64,000 bases of DNA from Phoronis australis. Taxonomy: Eukaryota; Animalia; Phoronida. The stretch spans positions 208,969 through 272,968 of the forward strand of contig NMRA01000429.1 of assembly GCA_002633005.1 (NCBI GenBank). The letters run 5' to 3'. Positions within the stretch are counted from its first letter, which is position 1. Each line of letters opens with the position of its first letter. Of this stretch, positions 63,716 through 64,000 are shown in pieces. Both the position numbers and the translations under genes were made by a program. The notes under the pieces were generated by a model, which was not told where the DNA came from, searched no databases, and saw only the letters and a list, made by a program, of their open reading frames with translations.

Positions 63716-64000
63716 AAAGACGTGTTTGCCAGTACAAAAAGCGGCATTACCAACAAACCTTGTACCTGTAATCGACTCGTTCCATAGGTGAGAAACAATG
63801 AGGACAAGACTGAATGTTCGAACTCGTGAAGGTTTTACATTACAACAAATGAACAATACCAGGCTTTGGATGGACAAGTATAAGTCAGTAAGTGTGCTGT
63901 TTGTGAAATGTTCAATGACTCGTATACACGTTTAGAGCATTCACTGATGGGTGACTGATCTCAGTCAGCATACATCGGACCCGAATCATTTTGAAGAGCC

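Overview
AT-rich, repeat-dense eukaryotic genomic DNA with GT-AG introns, most likely from a marine invertebrate (inference); there is no prokaryotic organisation. Two host genes are well supported, both on the + strand: (1) a 9-exon SLC22-family MFS organic ion transporter (CDS 10515..36293, about 587 aa, splice phases reconstructed by hand); (2) an intronless class A GPCR (49319..50302) with an unusual charged transmembrane core. The rest is mostly transposon debris: three decayed LINE reverse-transcriptase copies, a Penelope GIY-YIG fragment, an internally deleted piggyBac, a fold-back Kolobok/THAP element, and many MITEs with visible TSDs (MULE 9 bp, hAT 8 bp, IS3EU-like 6 bp, a 5-bp-TSD clan, Harbinger-like 3 bp). 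The most interesting signals are the GPCR P-I-F to P-R-K/E substitution, polarised TA-to-TACATGTA footprints, the two-headed THAP Kolobok and the 5-bp-TSD element clan. I see no clear wholly new biological system. All family calls are by-eye motif recognition without database searches.
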